A DNA stretch of 64,000 bases from an uncultured Planctomycetota bacterium (GTDB lineage: Bacteria > Planctomycetota > Planctomycetia > Isosphaerales > Isosphaeraceae). The notes beneath the pieces were generated by a model. It was given only the letters and a program-made list of their open reading frames with translations. It did not search any database and had not been told where the DNA came from. The stretch spans positions 1,472,001-1,536,000 of the forward strand of contig CAWGMQ010000003.1 of NCBI GenBank assembly GCA_963823665.1, written 5' to 3'. Position 1 is the first letter of the stretch; each line of letters opens with the position of its first letter. The translations under genes and the position numbers were made by a program. Shown one piece after another: positions 32,631-42,388 of the stretch.

Positions 32631-33473
32631 ACCGATGCGCGAGCCGGAACGCAACCCCAGCAACGAGGTATGTCCGATCGTGCAGCCGCCATCGCCAAGG
32701 CATGAGCGGGGCCGCGGCCGCGATGAGCGGCCGGATAGTCGGGTCGCGCGCAGGGTCGCGAGTAACTGCCGAGGATGCACTCCGCGGAAATGGTTGCCTT
32801 TACGCCCCAGTTCCGCCAAAAGCCCGGCGAGTTCCTCGTTCGCCCGGCCGGGCAACTCCGCGAGAATCTCGGACGAGGTGACCTCGGCGACGAGCACGGC
32901 CTCGCCACCGGGAGCGGCCAGGCGGGCCATCAGCCGTAGGTGCCCGGCCAGCAACGCAGCCCTGGCGTCGGCGAGCTGGCGGTGGTCCTTGCCGAGCGAG
33001 TACGCGGCCGTCTCAAGGATCTGGCTTAACATGCAGGTCGACGCCACCCGATCGAACCCGCCGGGCAAGACCACCGCGGTTCGTGACGCGGGCCAAGCGG
33101 CCATCGCGTCGAAGTCCGCGGGCTCCAGCTCGGAGTTCGGTGTCCGGTTCGACAGGATGCCGAGCGTCGCCGTGACGTCCACGCCGCCGTGCAGCCGCAA
33201 TCGCGGGTGGCTCGCAACTCCCTGCCGCTGCACACCGCGGGAGAGCGCCTCGGAGTCGATATCCACCAAGTGCACGTCGCGATGGACGGACAGCAAAGCA
33301 GTCAGGTCCAGATCGTTCGCGTTGCCGGCCCCCAGGACGCAGAGGCGCGATCGCCGCGCCGTCGCCTCGCGGGCGAGCGCGGCCGTGAGGCATCGCCGAT
33401 GCTCGACAAACAACTCCCACTGGTCCCGGCTAGTCGCGTTCATGGCGACCTGACGCCGGCCGAGTCGATCCAT
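32620..33473 (-). CDS. Hypothetical class I SAM-binding-fold protein; frameshift near 32750
   Basis: Motif I-like 'LCVLGAGNANDLDL' followed by 'VHLVDID'; a plausible C-terminus 'PWRWRLHDRTYLV' lies in another frame. Confidence 0.65.
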
Positions 33474-33806
33474 GTTTCCGGAACTCCCGTCGGAGGCGAC
33501 TCAATCGGCACACCTCGTTGGTAGTCAGCCAGCGCTGCTCCGGTCAAGACTCCAAGGTGGATAAAGCCATTGGTCGCCATGAGCTTACGCCCTCCCATGA
33601 ACTCCACACGGGCGACCATTCGGTTCTGGGCTCGATTACGAATCATGGGAAAAGCCTCACGACTCTTTCGAGGGATTTGACACCTTCGTACCAGCCAGTC
33701 CTGGGTCACTGCTCGACGCTTCGAATGGAGATACGAATAAGCCTGGATTGCATGGCATCGGTTCAGGGATGGCCGTCCACGCGACGTCTACCGCTAACCA
33801 ACACGC

Positions 33807-34690
33807 TCAGGGACGCCCCGGGGCCGGGGCCGCACCGGGGGGCACTTTGACCTCGATCCGGGCGTAGGAGATTGCCGAGCGGTCGTCATCCTCCGCCGCT
33901 TGTTCCAGCAGGAAGCCCACGTCGGGCTTCACCCGAGCGTGAAAGCTAAGGGCGCCGTTGGTGACGACCTGGAGCGGCTGGTCGAGGTCGAACATCCCAC
34001 GGCGAATCAACAGGGTGTAGCGGGCAACCGCGCGGGCCGTGACCTCGATGCGGTTGCCCTCGGCTTTGACCTCGAGCCGGCCGGCGAGCCCCCTCCGCTT
34101 GAAGATCGGCACACGGGGCAGTTCCGGAACTTCGACGCGAAACGATTGGATCGCGTCGCCGCGACGGTACTCGCCGTCGAGCGTGTCGCCCTTCTTCATG
34201 GCAAAGATCTGGGTGAGGCCAACCTTCTGGAAATCGGCCACCGTTTTGATCTCGACGCCGTGGAGACGGGTCACGACATCGCCCGGCTTCAGGCCGGCGG
34301 TCTGCGACAACGTTCCCGGCGGGAGTAGTTGGACACGGAGCCCCGGGCCACCGAAGGCCATGTCGGGGCCGACCGCAAACTGGGCTGGCCCGGTCAAGAT
34401 CAGCACGGCCGAGCCGTGCCATCCGTGCCGGTGTGCGTGAACACCTGCCATCCCTTCTTCGTGTCGGCCGGATAGCTCCGTCCCTGGCGGAGCGCCCGTT
34501 CTACGTCCATCGGGTCGGGAGCCGCAGCGAGGATGGCCGCGATGGCCGTCTGACGGGCGGCGCGATCGGCGGCCTCGAAGAATGCCTTGAACCGGGGATC
34601 GGGTTCAGCGGCCAGGCCTCGCCCGGGGGCCAGGAGCGACATCAAAATGAACAGGGCCGCGGCGCACGGCGTGCCGATTGAACATCTCAT
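33807..34690 (-). pseudogene. Secreted PDZ-containing protein, apparently with an internal deletion and frame break near 34405
   Basis: Signal peptide and N-domain end at 'GWQVFTHTGTDGTARPC*'; PDZ 'TAGLKPGDVVTRLHG' and C-domain 'GNRIEVTARAVARYTLLI...FDLDQPLQVVTNG' are in another frame. Confidence 0.6.
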
Positions 34691-35044
34691 CACCGGGAGA
34701 ATCCCTGTATCACAGGTGTCGAGGTCGAGCCGGTCGGGGCACAAGAAGCATGATTGGCGCAAGATTTCACTCACGCAGGCTGCCCACAGCGCCGGATCCC
34801 ATCGCCAGGCCGAGTCGGCGCCAGGTCGCTATTTCATCCGAGCTCGCCCGGCAATTCAAGACCCGGATGGGCTTACTCGGAAGAGCGGCGTCTGCACCGA
34901 TCGCGATCAAGTCCTGGCATTCCGCGCCCTCTTTCTGCAAGCGCAAGTTGCCGCGCCGCTCATGTCCGCAGCCCCCACGATCGAACCGCTGGGAACGCGA
35001 CATCCGGCGTTAGCTCTCGATCAGAAGCGATTCGCAGTCCGGCT

Positions 35045-35072
35045 TTGCTCGTGCCGAAGAATCAATTAGAAT
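35045..35072 (+). promoter_or_regulatory. Putative sigma70 promoter of the DUF433-vapC locus
   Basis: TTGCTC-N16-TAGAAT followed by GGAGG RBS and ATG at 35102. Confidence 0.5.
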
Positions 35073-35101
35073 GGGCGCAAAGCACGCGCAGGAGGAAACT
35101 C

Positions 35102-35518
35102 ATGGCAACCGTACAGGGTGACGGCGACGGTAAAACCATAGCGCTGCATCAGGAGCCAATTGCACCGGACGCACAACCTGGCGCAGCCCTTGCGTCTTCA
35201 CTCGATCCGCCCCCGGCATGGCTCGAGCGATTCGCGGTGGATGCGTCGGTCATGCCTGGCAAATTCGTCATCAAGGGAACGCGACTTCTGGTTGACGACT
35301 TGGTGCAACTTGCGGTGGGCCGGACGGACGATGGGCTGCGGCAGCTTCATCCGGAACTGACCAACGCGGACCTCGAATCCGTCCGCAATTATGCTCTTGT
35401 GCCCGAGGGGTTGAGGCGGTCCTTCGGCGGTTGGATTGAAGATGCCGAGGCGCTCGACAACTATCTCGAATGGACGCGGCGGCAGCGGAAGGTCCTGCGT
35501 CGGGAGCTCGAGGATTGA
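35102..35518 (+). CDS. DUF433-domain putative antitoxin
   Basis: 'VMPGKFVIKGTRLLVDDLV...HPELTNADLESVRNYA'; stop overlaps the PIN gene start. Confidence 0.8.
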   Translation: MATVQGDGDGKTIALHQEPIAPDAQPGAALASSLDPPPAWLERFAVDASVMPGKFVIKGTRLLVDDLVQLAVGRTDDGLRQLHPELTNADLESVRNYALVPEGLRRSFGGWIEDAEALDNYLEWTRRQRKVLRRELED

Positions 35519-35634
35519 GCTTTCTGCTGGACACCGATATCTGCTCGGCCCGGATGAAGGGTAATTCTCGCGTCCATGCCCGGTTTATCCAGTATGGCGG
35601 TCGATTACACGTGTCGGCCGCGACGCTAGGCTAG
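35515..35634 (+). pseudogene. Truncated VapC/PIN toxin (39 aa)
   Basis: Manual translation MSFLLDTDICSARMKGNSRVHARFIQYGGRLHVSAATLG*; PIN 'LLDTD' start, stops before the second catalytic Glu. Confidence 0.85.
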
Positions 35635-37694
35635 CGCTTGGATCTGCCGTTTCCCTTCGCCGCCGTATTGCCGTCCAGCGTGAGAACACGTTCGTCAAAT
35701 CCCGGGCCGCTCCAGTAGACGTGGTTGCTCGCTGGGCCGTCGCGGTGGACGTATTCGATCGTGATCCGGTATGCCCGGCCACCCGCAAGCTCGATCTTCC
35801 GCTGCACGTTGCCACGGCGATGGTCACCCTTATCGAGCACCAGCGTCTCGTCGAGCCAGAGCCGCAGGGTGCCATCGCAGTCGCCGCGCAGCGTGTGCAT
35901 TCCCGAGCGAGGTGCGACCAGGCGTCCCGTCCAGCGGATCGCAAAACCGTCCTTGCCGATCCCGGCAGAGGCATCCGGCGAGCCGGTACCGGGCTCATCC
36001 CTCAGGTCGAAATCGATGTGTGGCACGAGGGAGGTCTTCTTCCTTGCCTTGAACTGGCCCTCAAAGTACTCGGCCCGGAATACCTTGGCCTCCAGCGCGG
36101 CGAAGGCAGAATCGCCCAGCAGGGCCTTGACCTCGCCGATGTCCCACGGGTGCCCGTCGGGGTAGACGACACCGTGGAACGGCTGCGCCGGCTCGTCGGA
36201 GCCATCTGGATGGCCCCAGGGAAAGCGGCAGTTGTCGCGCCCGATCATCAGCTCCCATACGACGAATCCGTTCCCCTTCCCCGCCAGGTCGCGCAAGCAA
36301 TCCACGACCCCCTTGGCGGGCCGGTTCAGCGTCTCGGTGCAGAGGTGCTCAGGGCCACCGTCCGCGTTCGGCAGAGGCTGCCCTGCCTCGCCGTACGAGT
36401 GGTATGTGTAGAAGTCGGAATACTTGGGTCCGTAGAAGCCACCTCCGGTGGCCGTGACCGGGATACGCGTGCCGGTCCCCTTGACCCATTCGCGCGTCCA
36501 TGTGAGAAGTCGATTCAGGTTGGCATCGCCCACCCCGTCCCGGTATTTCTCTTTCGGGCCCATGCCCTCGTTGTAAAGCTGCCAGAATGCGATTCGCTCG
36601 TCGTCCTTGAACCGGCCGGTGACACCCTCGACATAGGCCCGGAACCGGCCCTCGTGGGCGAGAATCGCGGCCTCGCTGTCCCTGGTCCGATGCGACGGGT
36701 TCGGCATCATCTGCGAATTGTGACGTCCCGGCACGGGCTCGGCGAACGCGAGGCTCGGCTCGACATGGCCGCAGTCGTCCCAGAGGACAAAGTTCACCTT
36801 CAGGCCGGCCTTGGATGCCCGCGCCAGGAAGTCGTCGATCCTCTTGAGATAGTCCTCGCCATGGCGCTCCCAAACGATCCAGTGCAGGTACGCCTGCACC
36901 ATGTTGAATCCATAGAGGGACGCGCAGGCGAGCTCGCGGTCGATGACGTCGGTGTGGCCCCAGTAGTCGTGCCACATCTGCACCGAGTTGACCGCGTCGG
37001 AACGCACGTAAACCGCCCCTCGCACCCACGACCAGTCGGTACGGAGTGGGGGCGTCGGCTCGGAGCTCGTGGAGGTGATCTCAACGTTGTCGTAGAGGCC
37101 CGAACCGCGATGGTCCTTCCACAATCCGACCGCCCCAACCCGGTCGTACCGGTCGTCAAACTCCTTCAGAATCGGCGTTGCCATGTCCCCGTAATAGGCC
37201 CAGATCGCCGGTCCGCGGCAGACCACCCTGAGGCGACGCAGAACGCCCGACCGGCACCCCGTGACTTTGGATTCCTGCAGGAGTTTCCAACCGTTCCGGT
37301 CCAGCCGCCAGAGCTGGATGACCGGCCTCTCCCACGGGCCGCACACGGGATCTTGCCCCTTTTCGATCTCCCTGAGACCGACGGCATATCCGGTCGAATC
37401 CTCTCCCAGGCGGAACGCGATGCCCGCGGCGGCGTGGGCCTCGTCGTGGGAGTATCCGACGTCCGCCGTGACGTCGACGTCACGAAGAGCGTCGCCCCTC
37501 TGAACGAGCATCGAGAAACCGCCCTCCGCGACGGCCCGCCCATCCTGAACGCGCCAGGTCCCCTCCTTGATGCGCCACCGATGCAGGTTGCCGTCGCTGA
37601 AAGCGTCCCGGAAAGCATCCGCAGCCTGAGCGGAGTTCTCGAATACGAACAGTGCCAGCGCTCCCAGAACCAATGTTGATGAGAGTTGCGGCAT
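35631..37694 (-). CDS. Secreted clan GH-A glycoside hydrolase with N-terminal lectin/DUF1080-like and C-terminal PA14 domains
   Basis: Signal peptide; 'WQLYNEG' and 'LCTETL' catalytic Glu candidates; PA14 'FAIRWTGRLVAP...DGTLRLWLD'. Confidence 0.8.
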   Translation of the reverse strand: MPQLSSTLVLGALALFVFENSAQAADAFRDAFSDGNLHRWRIKEGTWRVQDGRAVAEGGFSMLVQRGDALRDVDVTADVGYSHDEAHAAAGIAFRLGEDSTGYAVGLREIEKGQDPVCGPWERPVIQLWRLDRNGWKLLQESKVTGCRSGVLRRLRVVCRGPAIWAYYGDMATPILKEFDDRYDRVGAVGLWKDHRGSGLYDNVEITSTSSEPTPPLRTDWSWVRGAVYVRSDAVNSVQMWHDYWGHTDVIDRELACASLYGFNMVQAYLHWIVWERHGEDYLKRIDDFLARASKAGLKVNFVLWDDCGHVEPSLAFAEPVPGRHNSQMMPNPSHRTRDSEAAILAHEGRFRAYVEGVTGRFKDDERIAFWQLYNEGMGPKEKYRDGVGDANLNRLLTWTREWVKGTGTRIPVTATGGGFYGPKYSDFYTYHSYGEAGQPLPNADGGPEHLCTETLNRPAKGVVDCLRDLAGKGNGFVVWELMIGRDNCRFPWGHPDGSDEPAQPFHGVVYPDGHPWDIGEVKALLGDSAFAALEAKVFRAEYFEGQFKARKKTSLVPHIDFDLRDEPGTGSPDASAGIGKDGFAIRWTGRLVAPRSGMHTLRGDCDGTLRLWLDETLVLDKGDHRRGNVQRKIELAGGRAYRITIEYVHRDGPASNHVYWSGPGFDERVLTLDGNTAAKGNGRSKR

Positions 37695-37826
37695 GGAATT
37701 CTTGATCCTCGCCTTTCGGCCCAGCGTTCGGCGGCCGCCGATCAGACAAACGGTCGGAGAGCCCACACACCGGTTTTCTGTTCCATTTCAGGCTCAATGC
37801 TCAAAAGCCATCTGGCTCTAACCCGT

Positions 37827-38313
37827 TTAGAGGTACTCAACTCGATTTACCATCTCGTCGGGTTCATAAATCTCCCAGAGAAGGACTAAGCCGGATACGA
37901 TTTCCCCTATGCTTCGTGTATCCTTCTCGCAGTACGCAATCCCTGCGTGCGGTATACGAGCGGCATTTATGGGCAGAAAATCCCGGTCTTGGGTGAAAAT
38001 GACCCGGTTTTCAAACACGGCAAACGCCGCGTGATCCTCGTCCTGGGCACCTAAGGAACGGGCCGGAACCAAATTCCGTCGATTTACGTGAAGTGCGCCG
38101 CGGAGCGGCACAAAGACCGTTCCGACGCAGAGCGTCGGAACGAGGGCTTTCCGTCGTGGTAGGATTGAGACCGAAATCGGGAAGTTATTTCCGGCCTGTT
38201 CCTAAGAGCCTTGCTTCCGGCGTGGTTGTGACGTCGATGCCGTATCGCCTGAGTCCCAAAGCGATGGCCTTTGAGCAATTCTCATCCAGGTGGAAGCGTA
38301 TCGTCCGTGCCAT
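37827..38313 (-). pseudogene. DUF5615 (PIN-like) toxin interrupted by a MITE
   Basis: 'RFHLDENCSKAIALGLRRYGIDVTT' and 'DEDH...RVIFTQDRDF...HAGI' join in frame after excising 38055..38205. Confidence 0.88.
38055..38202. mobile_element. 148-bp MITE with 23-bp terminal inverted repeats and TAA target duplication
   Basis: GGAACGGGCCGGAACCAAATTCC versus the reverse complement of the right end GGAACAGGCCGGAAATAACTTCC (19/23); TAA at 38052-54 and 38203-05. Confidence 0.85.
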
Positions 38314-38671
38314 AAGCGTTGCGTGCCTTGAGAGCGTCCTTAAGCCGCGACGGCTGCTTTTCTCGCTGCTCCTCGTACCATTCCCGGTCGGCCACAATCT
38401 CCGCGTTTATTGCTTCGCGGTGGTCGTGGTAGTAGGTCAGAGCTGCGTAGATGTCGGCAAGCGTAAGGTGTGGGTGCTCTGAGACAATCGCCTCAGGTGT
38501 CATCCCTTGCCGCTCGTGCATTATGGCTACGTGTTTGACTTGAATACGGCTTCCGGCGATGCGTGGCTTGCCGCCACACGTATCAGGCGTTGAGACGATG
38601 TGTTCGCGAAGAACAGGGATTGTTTCCGTTGTCGTCGGAGAACGCAATGTCTCGGCAGAAGTTGGGTCCAT
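38282..38671 (-). CDS. DUF433-domain antitoxin
   Basis: 'IVSTPDTCGGKPRIAGSRI', 'HPHLTLADIYAALTYY'; overlaps the DUF5615 gene. Confidence 0.9.
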   Translation of the reverse strand: MDPTSAETLRSPTTTETIPVLREHIVSTPDTCGGKPRIAGSRIQVKHVAIMHERQGMTPEAIVSEHPHLTLADIYAALTYYHDHREAINAEIVADREWYEEQREKQPSRLKDALKARNAYGTDDTLPPG

Positions 38672-39321
38672 GCAGGTATCGTATCACAAAAGCGGAAACT
38701 TGGGCACTCTTTCGATGAAGCACCACTACGATGATGTGGTCCCGGCTTTCTGGCGAGCTTCGCGCGCATCGTGCCCGGCGAGCGGCGGAGAATGGCTCAG
38801 AGCGAGACGAGCGTGTTCTACACCTGGCACCGGGGCCCGTGCAATGACTCGATGCGCGTAATGACCGATGGCTCCGACGCGATCGGCAACCCGTGGCGCG
38901 AGCTGCAGCTCGTGTACTGGCACCCGGGTCGCAAGCAGGTCTGCCTGCTGCGATTGAGCCCTTTTGCTAGAGGTAGCAAGACTCGGAAGGCATCCTCGAT
39001 TACCTCAAGAAAAACAACCGTCATGACCGTTCTCTTCATTACAAGCGGTTCATCTTGCCGAAATAGACAATGCGCATTCTCAAAGTCTGGCTGAAGATGT
39101 AAAAATGGGGGGAACCGGCTGTCGGCGCGCAATGGGAACCCGCCCGACAATTGCCTGTTTGAGGAGCGATCGGTTCCAATGCGGAGTTCGGGGCGCGTTA
39201 CAAGGTCATCTCGACCGTGCCGCATAGGTGGTGGTCGCAGTCTCCTACAGGTTTCCAGGACGGGCCGGTCGAGCTCAACGGAGGATTCCGGTTCGAATTT
39301 GCGTGACGAAAGGCCGTTCAT

Positions 39322-40704
39322 ATGGCCGGAGGAGCGAGCGACCCGTTGCCACCGGCCGAGCCCGGGCCAGCTCCGCTCGCGAGTGAGGCCCGGCCACGGT
39401 CGTCTGCGCCTTCGCGCCGGCGCCGCGCACTTCGGCTGGCGGCTTCGCTGGTGCTCCTGCTGAGCACGGCGGGCGTCGTGATCGGCTGGTGGATCTGGAA
39501 CCACTTGCACGTGCGTACGACGAACGCGTATGTCGTCGGGAACATCACGCCCGTTTCTTCTGAAATCGGCGGCCAGGTTGTTGCGTTGTACGCGGACGAC
39601 AACATGATCGTCGCCGCGGGAGCCCCGCTGGCGCAGCTCGATCCGGTCCCGTTCCAGCTCGAGGTCGATCGGCTCCTGGCGGACCTGAAGAACGCACAGG
39701 CCGAAGTCCGCGCAGCGGCCGTAAACGTGCAACTGGTTCGCCAGGACCGGCGCGCACTTCTCGACGGTGCCAGCGCGCGGCGGGGCGAGGCCGAGCGGGC
39801 GGCGCGGGCGGCGGAGGTCGAGGTCCAGACTCGCGGGCAGATCAATCGGAAGGAGCAGGAATTGCTCGCCTCGCAACGAGCACAAGTCCCTGGATTGGCC
39901 GCGCTCGAGGAAAATGCGCGCCTGTACTACCAGCGGTTCTCGCGGCTGGCGGCCTCGGGCGACGTGCCGGTGCAGGAGCGGGACAACCGCGCGGCAACTT
40001 ATCACGAGGCGTCGGCCAAGCTCGAGTCGCTCCGCAGCGAGATCGCCGCCAGCGAGCGCCAGGTGCTCGCTAGCGAGCTTCAGCTCGAAGAGGCCGGCGT
40101 CCGGCTCGAGCAGAGCCAGCAAGCCTTGAGCAGCACCGACGCCGCGGTGGTTCAGGCCCAGGCGGCCCAGTTGCAGCCGGATATCGCCACGGCACAACTC
40201 GAAGCGCTCAAGAGTCGCGTCAACCAGGGCGAAGCGGCGCTCCGCACCGCGCAGCTCAACCTGAGCCACTGCCTGATCAGGGCACCCCAAGGAGGGATCG
40301 TCAGCCGGCGGACCATCCAGCTCGGCGAGACGCTGGCGATGAAGCAGCCGTTCCTCTCCATCGTCCCGCTCGACTTCGACAACGTTTGGGTCGTGGCCAA
40401 TCTCCGCGAGGACCAGATGGACAGCATCCAGGCCGGCAACAGCGCTAGAATCAGGGTCGACGGCATCCCCGAGAAGACGTTTCAAGGTTGGGTGGAGAGC
40501 ACGTCGGCGGGCACCGGGTCTGTGTTCTCGCTCTTCCCGCCCGACAACGCAACGGGGAATTTCGTCCGGGTCGTGCAGCGCCTGCCGGTGCGAATCCGGT
40601 TCGCGGAGCTGGAGAACTACCAGAATCGAATCCGCCCGGGGATGTCGGCGACGGTGCACATTGACGACCAGACCGTCGTGCGGAAGAGCGATCGCGTCTG
40701 GTAA
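39322..40704 (+). CDS. HlyD/EmrA-family membrane fusion protein
   Basis: N-terminal TM, 'TTNAYVVG', long coiled coil, 'FSLFPPDNATGNFVRVVQRLPVRI', 'RPGMS'. Confidence 0.93.
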   Translation: MAGGASDPLPPAEPGPAPLASEARPRSSAPSRRRRALRLAASLVLLLSTAGVVIGWWIWNHLHVRTTNAYVVGNITPVSSEIGGQVVALYADDNMIVAAGAPLAQLDPVPFQLEVDRLLADLKNAQAEVRAAAVNVQLVRQDRRALLDGASARRGEAERAARAAEVEVQTRGQINRKEQELLASQRAQVPGLAALEENARLYYQRFSRLAASGDVPVQERDNRAATYHEASAKLESLRSEIAASERQVLASELQLEEAGVRLEQSQQALSSTDAAVVQAQAAQLQPDIATAQLEALKSRVNQGEAALRTAQLNLSHCLIRAPQGGIVSRRTIQLGETLAMKQPFLSIVPLDFDNVWVVANLREDQMDSIQAGNSARIRVDGIPEKTFQGWVESTSAGTGSVFSLFPPDNATGNFVRVVQRLPVRIRFAELENYQNRIRPGMSATVHIDDQTVVRKSDRVW

Positions 40705-40723
40705 ACCCGGAAAGGAGGAGGCA

Positions 40724-42388
40724 GTGGTGACCAGGGCACGGATCGCGGTAGCCGCGCTGGCCTTCCTGCTGCCAGCCGTCTTGGGCCCTTGTCTCCGCGC
40801 GGAAGACTTGCCGCCGCCCCGGCGCTGGATCGACCCGCCCCAGACCAGCACCCTCCCGCCCGCCCTGCCGGAGCAGCCCGCGCTCGAGCAAAACGGCCGG
40901 CTCTCCCTCCCTCCTGCTGCCCGCCCCGCACCGGGCCGGCCGATCCGGCTCGCCGAGTCCCTGGCCTTGAGCCTGCGGAATGTCGAGACGGTCCAGGCGA
41001 ACCTTTCGGTCCGGACCGCCACGGTGGCGCGGTTCGAGGCGCTCAAGGCGTTTATCCCACTCATGGACCTGCCCCAGCTCCAGGTTGGCGTGAGCCGGGT
41101 CACCGGCCCCGTGGGCGGCAGTCAGTCGGTCATCTTCCCCGACACAACCCTTGGCGTGCCGTTCCTGAACCAGGCCGGGCTCGTCAACGCCGAGCTCAAC
41201 CGGTTCAACATCTACCTGCCTCTCGACCCGTCTGGACACATCACCGCCCTGCCTATCGCCGAGGAGGGAATCCGCGCCAAGGAGCTTATGGAGCAATTGG
41301 TCCGCCGGGCGCAGGCCGTGCTCGCGGCCCAACGCTACTTCGAGGCCAAGCAGATTGGTTACGGCCAACGCGTCGCCGACGCCGGCGCGTACGTCGCGTG
41401 GGAGACGCTCGGGCTGGTGGAGCGAAAGCTCCGCGAAAAACAGGCGCACGACGTCGAGCTCAGCCAGGCCAGGGTCGACGTGGGGCGAGCCCGCGTTCTT
41501 GTGGCCGATCTGGGCAAGGCCGAGCGGAACGCGGAACGCCGGCTCGGCGTTGCGGTTCACCAGTGCCGGCTGCTGGTGCCCCAGGATCTCGGACCCCTTC
41601 CCATCGAGCCGGAATCTGTCTTCGCATTCGACCTTGCCGAGCCGGACCTGATCGACCTGAGCCTGGTGCCCGACTTCCCGCGCTGCCGCGAGGACGCCGT
41701 GCAACTGGCGAAGCGGCAACGGATCGAGGTGCGGCTGATGATCGTCGGGCTGCGGATCGCCCGCCTCCAGCAGACTCGGGACAAGACCCGGTTGCTCGGC
41801 TTGGGAACGCTTCCGCTGGGCATGAGCTTCAAGAACACGACCACCAACAACGGCGGGATCGCGCTGGGGCTCATCTTCGGCTCGCTTTATGACTTGCCCG
41901 TCGTCGATCTTTCGCTCTGGGCCAGCATCGGGCAGGCTAAGCTGAACGTCATCCGCTCGCAGCTCGACCTCGAGAAGTCGCTGCTCGAGGTCGCCGAGGA
42001 TGCCGGTAGCTCGTGGGATCGCTGGCAGCAGGCGGTGCGCGAGTGGGACCAGCGGGAGGCCGAATACCGCCTGCGGATCGAATACCGCGATCGTCAGGCG
42101 CGGCTGTACCACGAGCAGCAGGCGATCCGGCTCGATGTGCTCGCCTCCGAGGTCGACCTGCTCCAGGGCGACGCCAACCGCTGGACCGCATGGTCCAACC
42201 TCCAGCTCGCCCGGCTCGACATCCTCCGCGCCACCGAGCTGCTGCTCGACTATATTGAAAAAGCGGGGATCGCCTCCGTGCCGGCGGTCGTCGATGCTCC
42301 TCCCAAACCGCGTCATGGACACGGGTTCCTCCACCGGATAGCCCACCTGCGCGAGCTCGATTTACGTGACGAAAAGGAAGTCCAGTGA
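40724..42388 (+). CDS. TolC-like outer membrane efflux protein (divergent)
   Basis: GGAGGAG RBS, signal peptide, OEP-like helices 'AAQRYFEA', 'VELSQARVD', 'RLDVLASEVDLL', 'ARLDILRATELL'; context. Confidence 0.72.
   Translation: MVTRARIAVAALAFLLPAVLGPCLRAEDLPPPRRWIDPPQTSTLPPALPEQPALEQNGRLSLPPAARPAPGRPIRLAESLALSLRNVETVQANLSVRTATVARFEALKAFIPLMDLPQLQVGVSRVTGPVGGSQSVIFPDTTLGVPFLNQAGLVNAELNRFNIYLPLDPSGHITALPIAEEGIRAKELMEQLVRRAQAVLAAQRYFEAKQIGYGQRVADAGAYVAWETLGLVERKLREKQAHDVELSQARVDVGRARVLVADLGKAERNAERRLGVAVHQCRLLVPQDLGPLPIEPESVFAFDLAEPDLIDLSLVPDFPRCREDAVQLAKRQRIEVRLMIVGLRIARLQQTRDKTRLLGLGTLPLGMSFKNTTTNNGGIALGLIFGSLYDLPVVDLSLWASIGQAKLNVIRSQLDLEKSLLEVAEDAGSSWDRWQQAVREWDQREAEYRLRIEYRDRQARLYHEQQAIRLDVLASEVDLLQGDANRWTAWSNLQLARLDILRATELLLDYIEKAGIASVPAVVDAPPKPRHGHGFLHRIAHLRELDLRDEKEVQ

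Noticed and set aside
35721..37679. 652-aa plus-strand ORF
   Set aside because: Antisense shadow of the GH/PA14 gene
39100..39320. Possible riboswitch upstream of the efflux operon
   Set aside because: Only a weak hairpin and GGGAA words; no full consensus of a known riboswitch recognised by eye (an Rfam scan would settle it)
38818..42346. Long minus-strand ORFs (761 aa and 631 aa)
   Set aside because: Antisense shadows of the HlyD and TolC genes in high-GC DNA, with no motifs
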